Source: Candidatus Azambacteria bacterium (GTDB lineage Bacteria; Patescibacteriota; Minisyncoccia; GWC2-36-17; M10-OD1-4). Taken from it: a stretch of 61,719 bases of DNA. Within the stretch, counting starts at the first letter, position 1, and every line of letters starts with the position of its first letter. The translations under genes were made by a program, and so were the position numbers. The stretch is from contig JALTWS010000016.1 of NCBI GenBank assembly GCA_027048495.1, positions 1-61,719 on the forward strand, given 5' to 3'. Positions 44,243 through 53,385 of the stretch are shown here, one piece after another. The notes beneath the pieces are model-generated. The model saw nothing but the letters and a program-made list of their open reading frames with translations. It was not told the DNA's origin and searched no databases.

Positions 44243-45031
44243 TTATTGTTTTTTTGGAAAAACTCCAGATAAAGCATTTTGAGCTATTTCTTTTATCTCC
44301 AAAGAAAAATCTGCTTGAAGTATCCAAGATAAAAATCCAGGATCAGATACTGCAACTTCTTTTAAGCTTTCTCCTTTATGTTTGCTGAAGTTAAAGTACG
44401 CCTCTCCATCGCGCCAATAAAATTTTCTTTCTGAATCCACATATCTTTCGTCTTTTGGAGAATGAATTGCGCATAAAAACTCCCTATCTAGTATCTCCGG
44501 ATACTTTTCTATTTGGGCATTTAATATCTCTTCGGTTACTAATATGTCTCCCATAGCGCTGTGTGCGTCTTTATGTTCTTTTTGGCAGTAAAACTTGTAA
44601 GCGGCAGAAAGGTCTCTTTTTTCCATTGCATGGAATATGACCTTTGAGTCTATCACATCTTCTGTGGTATATTGGAAATTTATACCCGCATCTTTAAATT
44701 CTTTTTGCAACATTGGCAAGTCAAAGCCTATTATATTAAAACCCCCAAAATAACATCCAGAAAAAACATCAAACAATTCTTGCGCATATTCTTTAAAATA
44801 AGGCCAATTTTTTGCTTCTTCGTTGGTGATGCCATGAACCTCTACAGACTCTTTTGGTATTTTAATTCCCGGGTTTATCTTGTAAACTTTTTCTTCCCTT
44901 TTTCCGTCAGGATATATTTTTATGTATGCAAGTTCTATTATTTTATCCAAACTCACAACAACTCCTGTTGTTTCAAGATCAAAAATAACTAACGGTTTTT
45001 CAAGCTTTAGTTTTTCAAAAATTTTACTCAT
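44243..45031 (-). CDS. DEDDh 3'-5' exonuclease (DnaQ/epsilon-like) with C-terminal extension
   Basis: VIFDLETTG, GFNIIGFDLPML and HSAMGDI. The tail FSKHKGESLKEV..DPGFLSWIL resembles DUF3820-type tails. Confidence 0.85.
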   Translation of the reverse strand: MSKIFEKLKLEKPLVIFDLETTGVVVSLDKIIELAYIKIYPDGKREEKVYKINPGIKIPKESVEVHGITNEEAKNWPYFKEYAQELFDVFSGCYFGGFNIIGFDLPMLQKEFKDAGINFQYTTEDVIDSKVIFHAMEKRDLSAAYKFYCQKEHKDAHSAMGDILVTEEILNAQIEKYPEILDREFLCAIHSPKDERYVDSERKFYWRDGEAYFNFSKHKGESLKEVAVSDPGFLSWILQADFSLEIKEIAQNALSGVFPKKQ

Positions 45032-45067
45032 AATGTTGACAAATTATTATTTAAATGTTACTTTTTA

Positions 45068-45188
45068 AAATGAGGCTGAAACACGCGGCTTTGTTGTCCT
45101 CCAAAAATAGCCGCGTGAATTGGGCTGGTGGTTTTCAGCCTCCTTTTACCTCGACTCTCCCGCCTATTTTAGAGTCGAGGTTTTTTTT
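45068..45188 (+). ncRNA. candidate small RNA (~120 nt) with its own promoter and terminator
   Basis: TTGACA (45036-45041), 17 nt, then TGtTACTTT. P1 pairs GAGGCTGAAA (45072-45081) with TTTCAGCCTC (45133-45142). P2 pairs CACGCGGCT (45082-45090) with AGCCGCGTG (45109-45117). The terminator pairs CCTCGACTCT (45149-45158) with AGAGTCGAGG (45171-45180), followed by T8. Confidence 0.5.
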
Positions 45189-48100
45189 ATTGTAAAGAAT
45201 ACTCTTTGCAGGCATCGCAAAAACCGGCTTTTTGGTTGCAGTTAAATTCTAAATTCATTATTTTTCTATGAACATCTTGTATCGTCTCTTTTAGCTTTTG
45301 TATATCTTCGTTTGTGAAGCTTACCTGAACTTTTTTGTATTTTCCGTCTTTTCCCTGCACGAAATCCAACTCTCCTAAAACCATATTGTATTTGAACTTG
45401 CTATCCAGATCACAAAGTATCTTGTAAAAAACTATTTGCCTTTTTAGTTTTCCGTCTGATTTTTTTGTATTTCCTGCTATTTCATTTTCCGAATGTATTT
45501 TTCCTGTTTTGTAGTCAATGACTTTTACATCATTTTCGCTTATTTTTTCTATTTTGTCTATCTTTCCTGTTAAAAAAATATCTCCAAGATGCACGTTATG
45601 GGAAGAAAAGTTGTATTCCACCGCTTCTGGGATTACCATTTCATTTTTGTATTTTTCGTAGTACCCCAAAAGACCTTCTTTGCCTATTTTTTTTAATTCT
45701 TCTTTTTCTTTGTATGTTAAAATTTCATAATCAAGAGCAGACTCATAAGTAAAAACCAAAAGTTCTTTTGGTGGGAGCTTGCCTGTTTTTTTATACTCCA
45801 AAAAAAATTTTTCCAGCGCTTTGTGAAATGCAGTTCCCATTGCCATGCTTTTGCTCTTTATATGAGGAACCAAAAGCAGATTTTGGTACTTGAACATTTT
45901 TGGGCATTTTAAGTAGTTGTCAAGATGAGTTATGCTTAATTTGTAATCTTTTAATATGCTTTTTATATATTCCTCTTCTTTTAACTCTCTTTTTGATTTT
46001 ACTTTTTTATCAAGAAAGATCTCCTGAGAATCTAAGCTAAAATTAATTTCTTTTTTTTCTAAAAAAGAGTTGTCTATTTCTTCTATGAATTGGGAAGGAA
46101 CACATTCTTTTGTTGTTTCTCCATCTTTGTATTGGTTTGCGTAAGTTATAAAAATCTCTTTTTTTGCCCTTGTTATAGCAACAAAAAACAATCTTCTTTC
46201 ATCTTCATTTTTTTCAAAAACTATTTTGGAGGATGCTTCAAGCAAATTTTCTGGAAGTTTGATATTTTCCTGCTTTCTTCTGTTTCCCCAGTTTTTGTCA
46301 GTTGCATTTACCAAAAAAACATATTCAAATTCAAGCCCCTTTGACTTGTGCGCTGTCATAACCTCAACTCCATCTTTTTGAAGCAAAAACCCGTCTTCTT
46401 TTATTGGTATGTTATATTCTTTGTAAAGCTTTATTTTTTGTAAAAATTCTTCTAAATCTAAACTATCATTTTGAATGTTTAGATCCTTTATAACAGAAAA
46501 CAAAGTTGAAAGATGTTTTAAATAACCTATTTTTTCTTCTTTTTTGTGTATCCAAGTTAAAAACCCGCTTTCTTTTAATACAGTCTCGCAAAAAGAAGCA
46601 AAAGAAAGCTCAGAGCTTAATTTTTTAAAGTTTGAGATTTTATTTATAAAATTATTTATTGCATTTTTGTTTTCAAGTTCAAGCTCATCTAAAAAATTTT
46701 TATCTATCAAAAGCTCAAAAAGAGCCACCGGATCTTTAGCAGAATAGTTTATTTTATTTAATCTTAAAAGTATTTTATAAATATCTTTTGGTTCAATTCC
46801 CCAAAAATCAAAAGACATAACAAACCATAAGTTTTTGTCCGAAGATGGGTTTTGCACAGCTTCAAGCAAAGCTAAAAACATTTTAACTGCCTGCCCCTTT
46901 AAAATGTCATTTGAAGATTCAAATACGGTTGGAATATCGTTTTTTTCCAAAAACTCGGCAATTTTATGCGCTTGAGCATTTGTTCTTGTAAATACAGCTA
47001 TTTGGCTTGGAGAAGTTTTTTTGTTTATAAGTTCCTTTATTTTTTCATAGATAAAATAAGTTTCTGCATCTTCAAAAGAAAATGAAAGCACATTTATTTT
47101 TCCATTTTCTTTTTTGTTGGAATGCAAGTTTTTGTCTATGCCTTCTATAAAATTTTCTATTCTATTTTTGTTGTTTTTTATCAAAGAAAGAGATGCGTCT
47201 AATATGTTTTGAGTTGAGCGATAATTCTCTTTTAAAACTATCGGATCTTTAATGTTATACTTTTTTGAGAAAAAAAGTATGTTTTCTAAAGACGCTCCCT
47301 GAAACCTATAAATAGACTGATCATCGTCTCCAACAACAAATATATTTGGTTTTTGATCGGCAAAAAAGCTAACCAACAAAGAAACAACATCGTTTTGAGC
47401 AGAATTTGTATCTTGATACTCATCAAGCATTATATAAAGGTACTGCTCTTGGTATTTTGCCAAAAGTTCATCGTCTTCCTGAAACTTCTTTACCACAAAC
47501 ATTATCATATCTTCATAATCATAATATCCTTTTTCTTGCAATGTCTGTTGGTACTTTTTGTAAATCTCCAAAAGTTCTAAGTTTTTAAGCAAATCTTTTT
47601 CTTTTTTTTGCCAGTCGTTTATTGGCTTGCCTGTTTTTTTATTTATTTTTTTTGAAGCTTCTAGTTCGTCTTTTTGGACTTTCAGATGTCTATGAAATTT
47701 TTCAATAGTTATATCTTCCCTTTTTAAAGTTTGAATGCTTTTTATTATATCTTTTAAAAAATGGTATCTGTTTGAAAAAGAAACTAAATATTTTAAGTTA
47801 AGCTCATCAAGTATTTTTTTAAATATTTCTATCCTTTCAATTTCAGATATATTTTTTATATTTTTTGCAAACAAAAACTTTTCTGGATTTTCAGATATAA
47901 CCTCAGAACAAAAACCGTGTATAGTAAAAACACCAACCTTATAGGCGTCTTTTCCCATTATATCTATTAGCCTGTTTCTTATTGCTGTTACTCCGCTTTC
48001 TGTGAATGTTGTTATCAATATATTTTCTGGCAATGCCAACCCCTCTTTGCAAATATATGCGGTTCGCATTCCTATTATTTCTGTTTTTCCGGTACCTGGT

Positions 48101-48192
48101 CCAGCAATAACCATAACTGGCCCCTCTGTTGATACAACTGCCCTTTTTTGCTCTTTGTTTAGTTTGTTGAATCTTTTTTGAAAGTTGTCCAT
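45187..48192 (-). CDS. UvrD/PcrA-type SF1 helicase fused to C-terminal PD-(D/E)xK (Cas4/AddB-like, Cys-ligand) nuclease
   Basis: IAGPGTGKT (Walker A), LDEYQDTN and VGDDDQSIY. The C-terminal part has CPKMFKY, IDYKTGK and C-x6-C-x2-C (CNQKAGFCDAC). Confidence 0.88.
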   Translation of the reverse strand: MDNFQKRFNKLNKEQKRAVVSTEGPVMVIAGPGTGKTEIIGMRTAYICKEGLALPENILITTFTESGVTAIRNRLIDIMGKDAYKVGVFTIHGFCSEVISENPEKFLFAKNIKNISEIERIEIFKKILDELNLKYLVSFSNRYHFLKDIIKSIQTLKREDITIEKFHRHLKVQKDELEASKKINKKTGKPINDWQKKEKDLLKNLELLEIYKKYQQTLQEKGYYDYEDMIMFVVKKFQEDDELLAKYQEQYLYIMLDEYQDTNSAQNDVVSLLVSFFADQKPNIFVVGDDDQSIYRFQGASLENILFFSKKYNIKDPIVLKENYRSTQNILDASLSLIKNNKNRIENFIEGIDKNLHSNKKENGKINVLSFSFEDAETYFIYEKIKELINKKTSPSQIAVFTRTNAQAHKIAEFLEKNDIPTVFESSNDILKGQAVKMFLALLEAVQNPSSDKNLWFVMSFDFWGIEPKDIYKILLRLNKINYSAKDPVALFELLIDKNFLDELELENKNAINNFINKISNFKKLSSELSFASFCETVLKESGFLTWIHKKEEKIGYLKHLSTLFSVIKDLNIQNDSLDLEEFLQKIKLYKEYNIPIKEDGFLLQKDGVEVMTAHKSKGLEFEYVFLVNATDKNWGNRRKQENIKLPENLLEASSKIVFEKNEDERRLFFVAITRAKKEIFITYANQYKDGETTKECVPSQFIEEIDNSFLEKKEINFSLDSQEIFLDKKVKSKRELKEEEYIKSILKDYKLSITHLDNYLKCPKMFKYQNLLLVPHIKSKSMAMGTAFHKALEKFFLEYKKTGKLPPKELLVFTYESALDYEILTYKEKEELKKIGKEGLLGYYEKYKNEMVIPEAVEYNFSSHNVHLGDIFLTGKIDKIEKISENDVKVIDYKTGKIHSENEIAGNTKKSDGKLKRQIVFYKILCDLDSKFKYNMVLGELDFVQGKDGKYKKVQVSFTNEDIQKLKETIQDVHRKIMNLEFNCNQKAGFCDACKEYSLQ

Positions 48193-48231
48193 AAAAATTT
48201 TTGTTGATGATACATTAGATTATACAAGATG

Positions 48232-48259
48232 TTGACAAAAAATCAAAAAATGATAGTAT
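48232..48259 (+). promoter_or_regulatory. sigma70-type promoter for rpmE (TTGACA-16 nt-TGaTAGTAT)
   Basis: TTGACA at 48232-48237, extended TG at 48251-48252 and TAGTAT at 48254-48259. Confidence 0.6.
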
Positions 48260-48264
48260 TAAAC

Positions 48265-48410
48265 TGCGTTACTGCATTTTTCTGCCGTACAAAAAAACCA
48301 CCCGCATTTTTTATTTTTTACGGCAGATGCCGTATTTGCAGTAACGCACCAAATTTTTTGGGAGCTGTGAGCGCACAGCTCCCATCTTCAATAGACTTAT
48401 AAATAAAAAT
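48265..48410 (+). promoter_or_regulatory. long structured 5' leader of rpmE with mutually exclusive pairings
   Basis: A 12-bp stem pairs TGCGTTACTGCA (48265-48276) with TGCAGTAACGCA (48337-48348). TACGGCAG (48319-48326) can pair with either CTGCCGTA (48282-48289) or TGCCGTA (48328-48334). A 10-bp hairpin GGGAGCTGTG-AGCG-CACAGCTCCC lies at 48360-48383. Confidence 0.5.
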
Positions 48411-48653
48411 ATGAAAAAAGACATACATCCACCATATTACAAAACAAAAGTTTCTTGCGCATGCGGAAATTCTTTTGAGGTTGGTTCAACCCTAAAGGAA
48501 ATAAAAGTTGAAGTTTGCAGTGAATGCCACCCATTTTACACAGGAAAAGAAAAAGTTGTTGATGCGGCAGGAAGAGTAGAGAAATTCAACAAAAAAAGAG
48601 CAATGGCAAAGCCAAAAGCTCCAAAAAAAGAAAGAAAATCAAACAAAAAATAA
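48411..48653 (+). CDS. rpmE: 50S ribosomal protein L31 (Zn-ribbon form)
   Basis: [15 protein letters not shown] and [11 protein letters not shown]. Confidence 0.95.
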   Translation: MKKDIHPPYYKTKVSCACGNSFEVGSTLKEIKVEVCSECHPFYTGKEKVVDAAGRVEKFNKKRAMAKPKAPKKERKSNKK

Positions 48654-48705
48654 CTCTCCTCTAAAAAGCCTTAAATTTATTTAGGGCTTTTTAGTTTGCA
48701 AATAA

Positions 48706-49752
48706 ATGTTTGAACAAAAAATAAAAATTCTAAAAGAAGAATACCAAAAAATACAAGATCAGCTGGCTTTGCCTGATGCTTTTTCTGATGCTAAAAGATA
48801 CAAAGAGCTTTCTCAAAAACATAGTGAAATATCTGAAATACTCCAAATTTATGAAGATTTGCTAAATTCCAAAAAGCAAATAGAAGAAAATGAAAAAATA
48901 ATAAACGCAAAAGAAGATCCTGAGCTTGTTGCTTTGGCAGAAGAAGAAATGCCGTCTCTTAAAGAAAAAATAGAAAAACTGGAAAGAAGGCTAAAAGAAG
49001 CTTTATTTCCCGACAAAAGAGCAAAATACAAAAATATAATAATGGAAATAAGAGCAGGAGCCGGAGGAGATGAAGCGGCTTTGTTTGCTATGGATCTTTT
49101 CAGAATGTATACCAAATACGCAGAAAAAAAAGGCTGGAATGTTTCTGTTGTAGACAGCCACTCAAATCCAATAGGAGGATACAAAGAAGTCGTGTTTGAG
49201 CTTTCAGGTAAAGGAGTATATTCTGATATGTTTTATGAAAGCGGGGTTCACAGGGTGCAAAGGATACCAGAAACAGAAAAACAAGGCAGAATCCATACCT
49301 CAACTGTATCTGTTGCTGTTTTACCTGAGGTTCCGGTATCTGAAATAAAAATAAATCCAAGCGACCTAAAAATAGAAACTTACAGATCAGGAGGACCGGG
49401 AGGCCAAAATGTAAACAAAGTTGAAACGGCAGTAAGGATAATACACATACCAACTGGAACAATAGTTGCTTCCCAAGCGGAAAGATCACAGGCAAGGAAC
49501 AAAGAAAAAGCAATGCAGATTCTACAATCTAAGATTACCCAAAAACAAGAAGAAAAAAAAGCAAAAGAATTAAGCCAAGCAAGAAAAGAACAAGTAGGAA
49601 CAGCAGACAGATCAGAAAAAATAAGAACATACAACTTCCCTCAAGACAGAGTAACCGACCACAGAATAAAACAAAGCTGGCATAATCTTGATTTAATTTT
49701 AGACGGAGAAATAGACGATATTATAGAAGCTCTTAAAAAAGAGTTAGGTTAA
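48706..49752 (+). CDS. prfA: peptide chain release factor 1
   Basis: RIPETEKQGRIHTS (RF1-type PxT region) and SGGPGGQNVNK (GGQ). Confidence 0.93.
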   Translation: MFEQKIKILKEEYQKIQDQLALPDAFSDAKRYKELSQKHSEISEILQIYEDLLNSKKQIEENEKIINAKEDPELVALAEEEMPSLKEKIEKLERRLKEALFPDKRAKYKNIIMEIRAGAGGDEAALFAMDLFRMYTKYAEKKGWNVSVVDSHSNPIGGYKEVVFELSGKGVYSDMFYESGVHRVQRIPETEKQGRIHTSTVSVAVLPEVPVSEIKINPSDLKIETYRSGGPGGQNVNKVETAVRIIHIPTGTIVASQAERSQARNKEKAMQILQSKITQKQEEKKAKELSQARKEQVGTADRSEKIRTYNFPQDRVTDHRIKQSWHNLDLILDGEIDDIIEALKKELG

Positions 49753-51128
49753 AATTTAACAGCAACTGATCCGCTCTCAAGCGCATTTATCTGCTCTTGA
49801 TAATAATCTGCCCACCCCAAAACTTGTCTTGCGTAGTTTTGTCCGGGATACCTTCTCCATCTTGATCCGGCATAGTACATAGCTGCCGCTTTTTTTTCTG
49901 CATATCTTGTTTTTTTGTTTGCTCCGTTGTTTGCAAGCTTTATTGCTGATGCCATAAAAGCATCTTCTATATTCCAAGGAGAAGGAGGATTGTTCCCTGT
50001 AAGCTCAGCAATTTTATCTTTGTACGCAAGCCAAGTGGTTGGCATAAATTGCGCCGCTCCCATAGCTCCTCCGCAACCAACGCTCCTTAAAGCTTTAGAT
50101 ACCGGCATAACATCTGGATTTAAACCTAAGCTTGAGGTAATTTCCAAAAATGCTTTTTTCTCTCTTTCTGCTCTTGTTCTTTTGCCTAAGCTTATATAAC
50201 ATTGATAAAGATCCTCTCTCCAATTTCCTCCACCAATGTATGTGCCCATTCTTGATTCAACTTGAAAAAGTCCTAAAATGAATGCCGGACGAACTCCTGT
50301 TTTTTCTCCAACAAATTTTGCTTTCTTGTAAGCTTCTTCAAAAGACATGGAAACTCCAACGCTCTCCAGCTTATAAAGCTGTTGTTTGATAAGCTCTATA
50401 TCTTTTTTAGATTTTTTTATTTGCTTTTGATACAAATATTCTTTTCCTTGAGATTTTCTCAAAAGATCTCTTTTCTCCCGCTTTTTTCTTTCTAAAGATT
50501 CTTGTTGAAGCTTGCTTAAACTTTTTAACCTTATATTTTCTAATTTTCTCTCTTCTAAAATAGATCTTTCATTTTCCAGCTTTCCTCTTAAAACTCCTAT
50601 GTTTTCAATAAAAATATTTACCTGCTTTTGCAAAGAAAATATATTCTGCACTTGTCCAAAAACATCTGAAAGAGTTTTTCCTTGAACGATCAGTTCAAGC
50701 CAGCCTATTTTATCATAAGAGTTTATCTTTTTTATAGCTTCTTTAAGAAGCTCTTTTTTTTGTAATAACTCTTCGTTTAGCTCTATTATCTCTATATTTT
50801 TAAAAGTTATGTCTTCTTCAATCTCCTGAAGGCTTAATGTTAACGCTTTCTGATCTAAAATTTGCTTTTCAATTTCATGATCTAAAATGTGAAGTTGGTT
50901 TTGAAGCGTCTTTTTTTCATTTCTTACTTCATAAATTTTATTTTCCAAATTTTTTATCTGATCTTGTATCTTTGCAAGCTCTTCTCTTAATTGCTTCTTT
51001 TTGTCAGCTTCTTGTTGGGCGTAAGAAAAATTAAATAAAAATGCAAAAAAAATAAAAATCCCCAAAGCAAAAACTGCTATTGGAGATTTTTTGTGGTTTA
51101 AAATAAAATTTTTAGATTTAAAATGCAT
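49749..51128 (-). CDS. coiled-coil lytic transglycosylase (MltB/SLT_2-like C-terminal domain)
   Basis: N-terminal TM segment, about 230 aa of coiled coil, then FQVESRMG and GAMGAAQFMPTTW. It overlaps the prfA stop by 4 nt in convergent orientation. Confidence 0.8.
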   Translation of the reverse strand: MHFKSKNFILNHKKSPIAVFALGIFIFFAFLFNFSYAQQEADKKKQLREELAKIQDQIKNLENKIYEVRNEKKTLQNQLHILDHEIEKQILDQKALTLSLQEIEEDITFKNIEIIELNEELLQKKELLKEAIKKINSYDKIGWLELIVQGKTLSDVFGQVQNIFSLQKQVNIFIENIGVLRGKLENERSILEERKLENIRLKSLSKLQQESLERKKREKRDLLRKSQGKEYLYQKQIKKSKKDIELIKQQLYKLESVGVSMSFEEAYKKAKFVGEKTGVRPAFILGLFQVESRMGTYIGGGNWREDLYQCYISLGKRTRAEREKKAFLEITSSLGLNPDVMPVSKALRSVGCGGAMGAAQFMPTTWLAYKDKIAELTGNNPPSPWNIEDAFMASAIKLANNGANKKTRYAEKKAAAMYYAGSRWRRYPGQNYARQVLGWADYYQEQINALESGSVAVKF

Positions 51129-51143
51129 ACCAAAAGAGAAAAA

Positions 51144-51800
51144 CTATTCTTTTTCTGTTTCCTCTTCTTTTTCTTTTTTCTTTTCTTCGGATTCTACTTT
51201 TACACTTTCAACATCAACTGTAGTTTCAGATGATAATGCTTCTAGCTCTTCTTCTGATCTTGGAGGAGTAACAGAAGCAACTATCTCATCTTCGCTTGCT
51301 TCTATTTTAACCCCTTCTGGCAACTTAAGATCAACTATTTTGATAACATCATCTAAAGTAGCAAGCAAAGAAAGGTCAACTTTAATCTCATGAGGCAAAT
51401 TCTTTGGAAGAGCAGAAACTTCAACCTCATGCATATTTTTTACTAATATACCGCCTTCTTTTACAGCTTGAGACTCTCCTTCAAACACCAAAGGAACTTC
51501 TGTTGTAACTTCTTTTGTCATATCAACCTGATACAAATCAGCATGAATTAGCCTGTCAGATACTGGATCAAGTTGAACATCATAAATTAAAACATTTTTT
51601 GTTCCTTCGTTTTCCACTTCCAAATCTAAAATTGTGCTTTCACCCGCCTCTTTAAAAACTTTAGAAAATTCTTTTTCGTCCAATGAAAGATTAAGATTTT
51701 TAACTCCTTCACCATAAAGCACAGCGGGTATTTGCCCGCTTTTTCTTAAATTTTTTACTTTTGATCCTTTAATTTCTCTTATTTTTGCTTTTAGTTTCAT
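51144..51800 (-). CDS. rplY: 50S ribosomal protein L25/Ctc
   Basis: KGSKVKNLRKSGQIPAVLYG, a two-domain Ctc form and an acidic C-terminal tail. Confidence 0.9.
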   Translation of the reverse strand: MKLKAKIREIKGSKVKNLRKSGQIPAVLYGEGVKNLNLSLDEKEFSKVFKEAGESTILDLEVENEGTKNVLIYDVQLDPVSDRLIHADLYQVDMTKEVTTEVPLVFEGESQAVKEGGILVKNMHEVEVSALPKNLPHEIKVDLSLLATLDDVIKIVDLKLPEGVKIEASEDEIVASVTPPRSEEELEALSSETTVDVESVKVESEEKKKEKEEETEKE

Positions 51801-52122
51801 ATTTTTTTGTTTTCTTATCCTTACTTGTATTTAAATATTCATAAAAAGACAAAACATCATCTTCAACTATCTTGCCCGGATTTTTAAGCAAAGATATATC
51901 TTCTTTTTTAAAATCCGACAAAATGCCCATTGTTGTTAAAATACCTTCTTTTTCTGAAGAAAATATAGTAAGAATAACAGAACTTAAACATTTCTCACAC
52001 TCAACGCAAAACAAACTCATTGCCTTTTTCTTTGAAATTAAAACAGCATTGTTAAACTTTAACTCTTCTCTGCAAATTGGGCATGCCCCCAAAAATGATT
52101 TTTTATTGTTTTGTTTTGACAT
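51769..52122 (-). CDS. hypothetical Zn-ribbon-like protein (117 aa)
   Basis: CPIC..x..CVECEKC. It overlaps the rplY start by 32 nt, and no family is recognised. Confidence 0.5.
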   Translation of the reverse strand: MSKQNNKKSFLGACPICREELKFNNAVLISKKKAMSLFCVECEKCLSSVILTIFSSEKEGILTTMGILSDFKKEDISLLKNPGKIVEDDVLSFYEYLNTSKDKKTKKYETKSKNKRN

Positions 52123-52207
52123 ATTTTAATTTTAACATACTATCATAAAACACAAAGATAATCAACCCTAATTTTTTTGTTCTTTTTGCCCACAATAACC
52201 ACAAAAA

Positions 52208-52858
52208 TCAAGATCGATATATCTTTTTTTTACAACTCAAACATTCTTTCATTATTCTTTTGCCACAAAAAGAACAAAATTCAGATGATAAATCTAAAGA
52301 AAAAGAACAATTTGGACACTTTTTATCTCTTAATCTTCTTTTTGCTAATCTTTTTGGATCAAATATTCTTTTTTGAAGCAAGTATACAGACCCACCAAAA
52401 ATAAATGCTACAAATATCATTCCCAAATAGGAAATCAAGCTTTTTAATATTTGAATATTTTTTATAAATCCCCAAATAAATTCAAGTAAAACGCCTAAAA
52501 ATAACCCCCAAAAATAAACAAATGTTATTTGAATAACGAATATAGATACCGGGATAAGCAAAAATGTAAGTATTATAAGATAGGGACTATTTTTTGCACT
52601 AAGTCTAAAATAAAACTTCAAAAGCGCAAAAAACAAAGGAAATACGAACAAGACTTGGAGCAAAAATACATAAAACTCATATAATTTCCAAGACTCTTCA
52701 TATTCTTTTTGCAGTAAAGCATATTTTTCTTTTAAAAGTTTTTCTGATGGTTCTAAATTACTTTCCAACTGAGAAAGAGAAACTTCAAGCAAAGCTATTT
52801 CGCTTTCCAGATTTTTTATTTCTTGTGATAAGCTTTCAGTATTAAAATTTTCCGGCAA
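52208..52858 (-). CDS. coiled-coil multi-TM protein with C-terminal double Zn-ribbon; probable downstream part of a gene split at an A7 tract
   Basis: It has only a TTG start. Its frame stays open for 34 more codons upstream (KKITEIKNSISQKEFELQRLKQNYQLGALEKIGD) up to the A7 run at 52954-52960. The C-terminus is CPNCSFSLDLSSEFCSFCGKRIMKECLSCKKK. Confidence 0.6.
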   Translation of the reverse strand: MPENFNTESLSQEIKNLESEIALLEVSLSQLESNLEPSEKLLKEKYALLQKEYEESWKLYEFYVFLLQVLFVFPLFFALLKFYFRLSAKNSPYLIILTFLLIPVSIFVIQITFVYFWGLFLGVLLEFIWGFIKNIQILKSLISYLGMIFVAFIFGGSVYLLQKRIFDPKRLAKRRLRDKKCPNCSFSLDLSSEFCSFCGKRIMKECLSCKKKIYRS

Positions 52859-52950
52859 GTCCCCTATTTTTTCCAGTGCTCCAAGCTGGTAATTTTGTTT
52901 TAATCTTTGAAGCTCAAATTCTTTTTGAGAAATAGAGTTTTTTATTTCTG

Positions 52951-53214
52951 TTATTTTTTTCTATCTGACTTGGTCTCTGAAAAAATCTTATCTATCCCGT
53001 ATTTTTTTTCAATTTCTGAAAAATTACACTCTTCCGAACTTTGTTGCGGAAAGTAGGTTTTGTAATAATCTCTGTTTAAATAAACATCATCGCGAAAAGA
53101 ATATTCCCAGCCGTATTTAACATATTTTGAAGAGCAAAAAGAAAGCGCCTCAGGTTTTTTAGGCACATTGCTCAAGTCGTCCAGCGTTGCAAAACCAAAA
53201 AGCAAAACCACCAC
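52951..53214 (-). CDS. 87-aa ORF; probable upstream part of the same split gene
   Basis: It ends ..SDRKK-TAA on AGA AAA AAA TAA, and a -1 shift on A AAA AAA enters the 52208..52858 frame. It has a GTG start, with a TATAAT about 17 nt upstream. Confidence 0.4.
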   Translation of the reverse strand: MVVLLFGFATLDDLSNVPKKPEALSFCSSKYVKYGWEYSFRDDVYLNRDYYKTYFPQQSSEECNFSEIEKKYGIDKIFSETKSDRKK

Positions 53215-53385
53215 TAATTACATTTTACATTATAACGCCATAAAAATAAATAATCTATTTAAATTAGGTTATTTATTTATACAAGAGAATACTACGGAGG
53301 TCGGTGCTCGGCAAGATTAGAAAACTCAGTTTTTTGAAAAGGTTCAACCTTTTCAAACTTTCGGAGGTCAAATTTCAAATAATTA

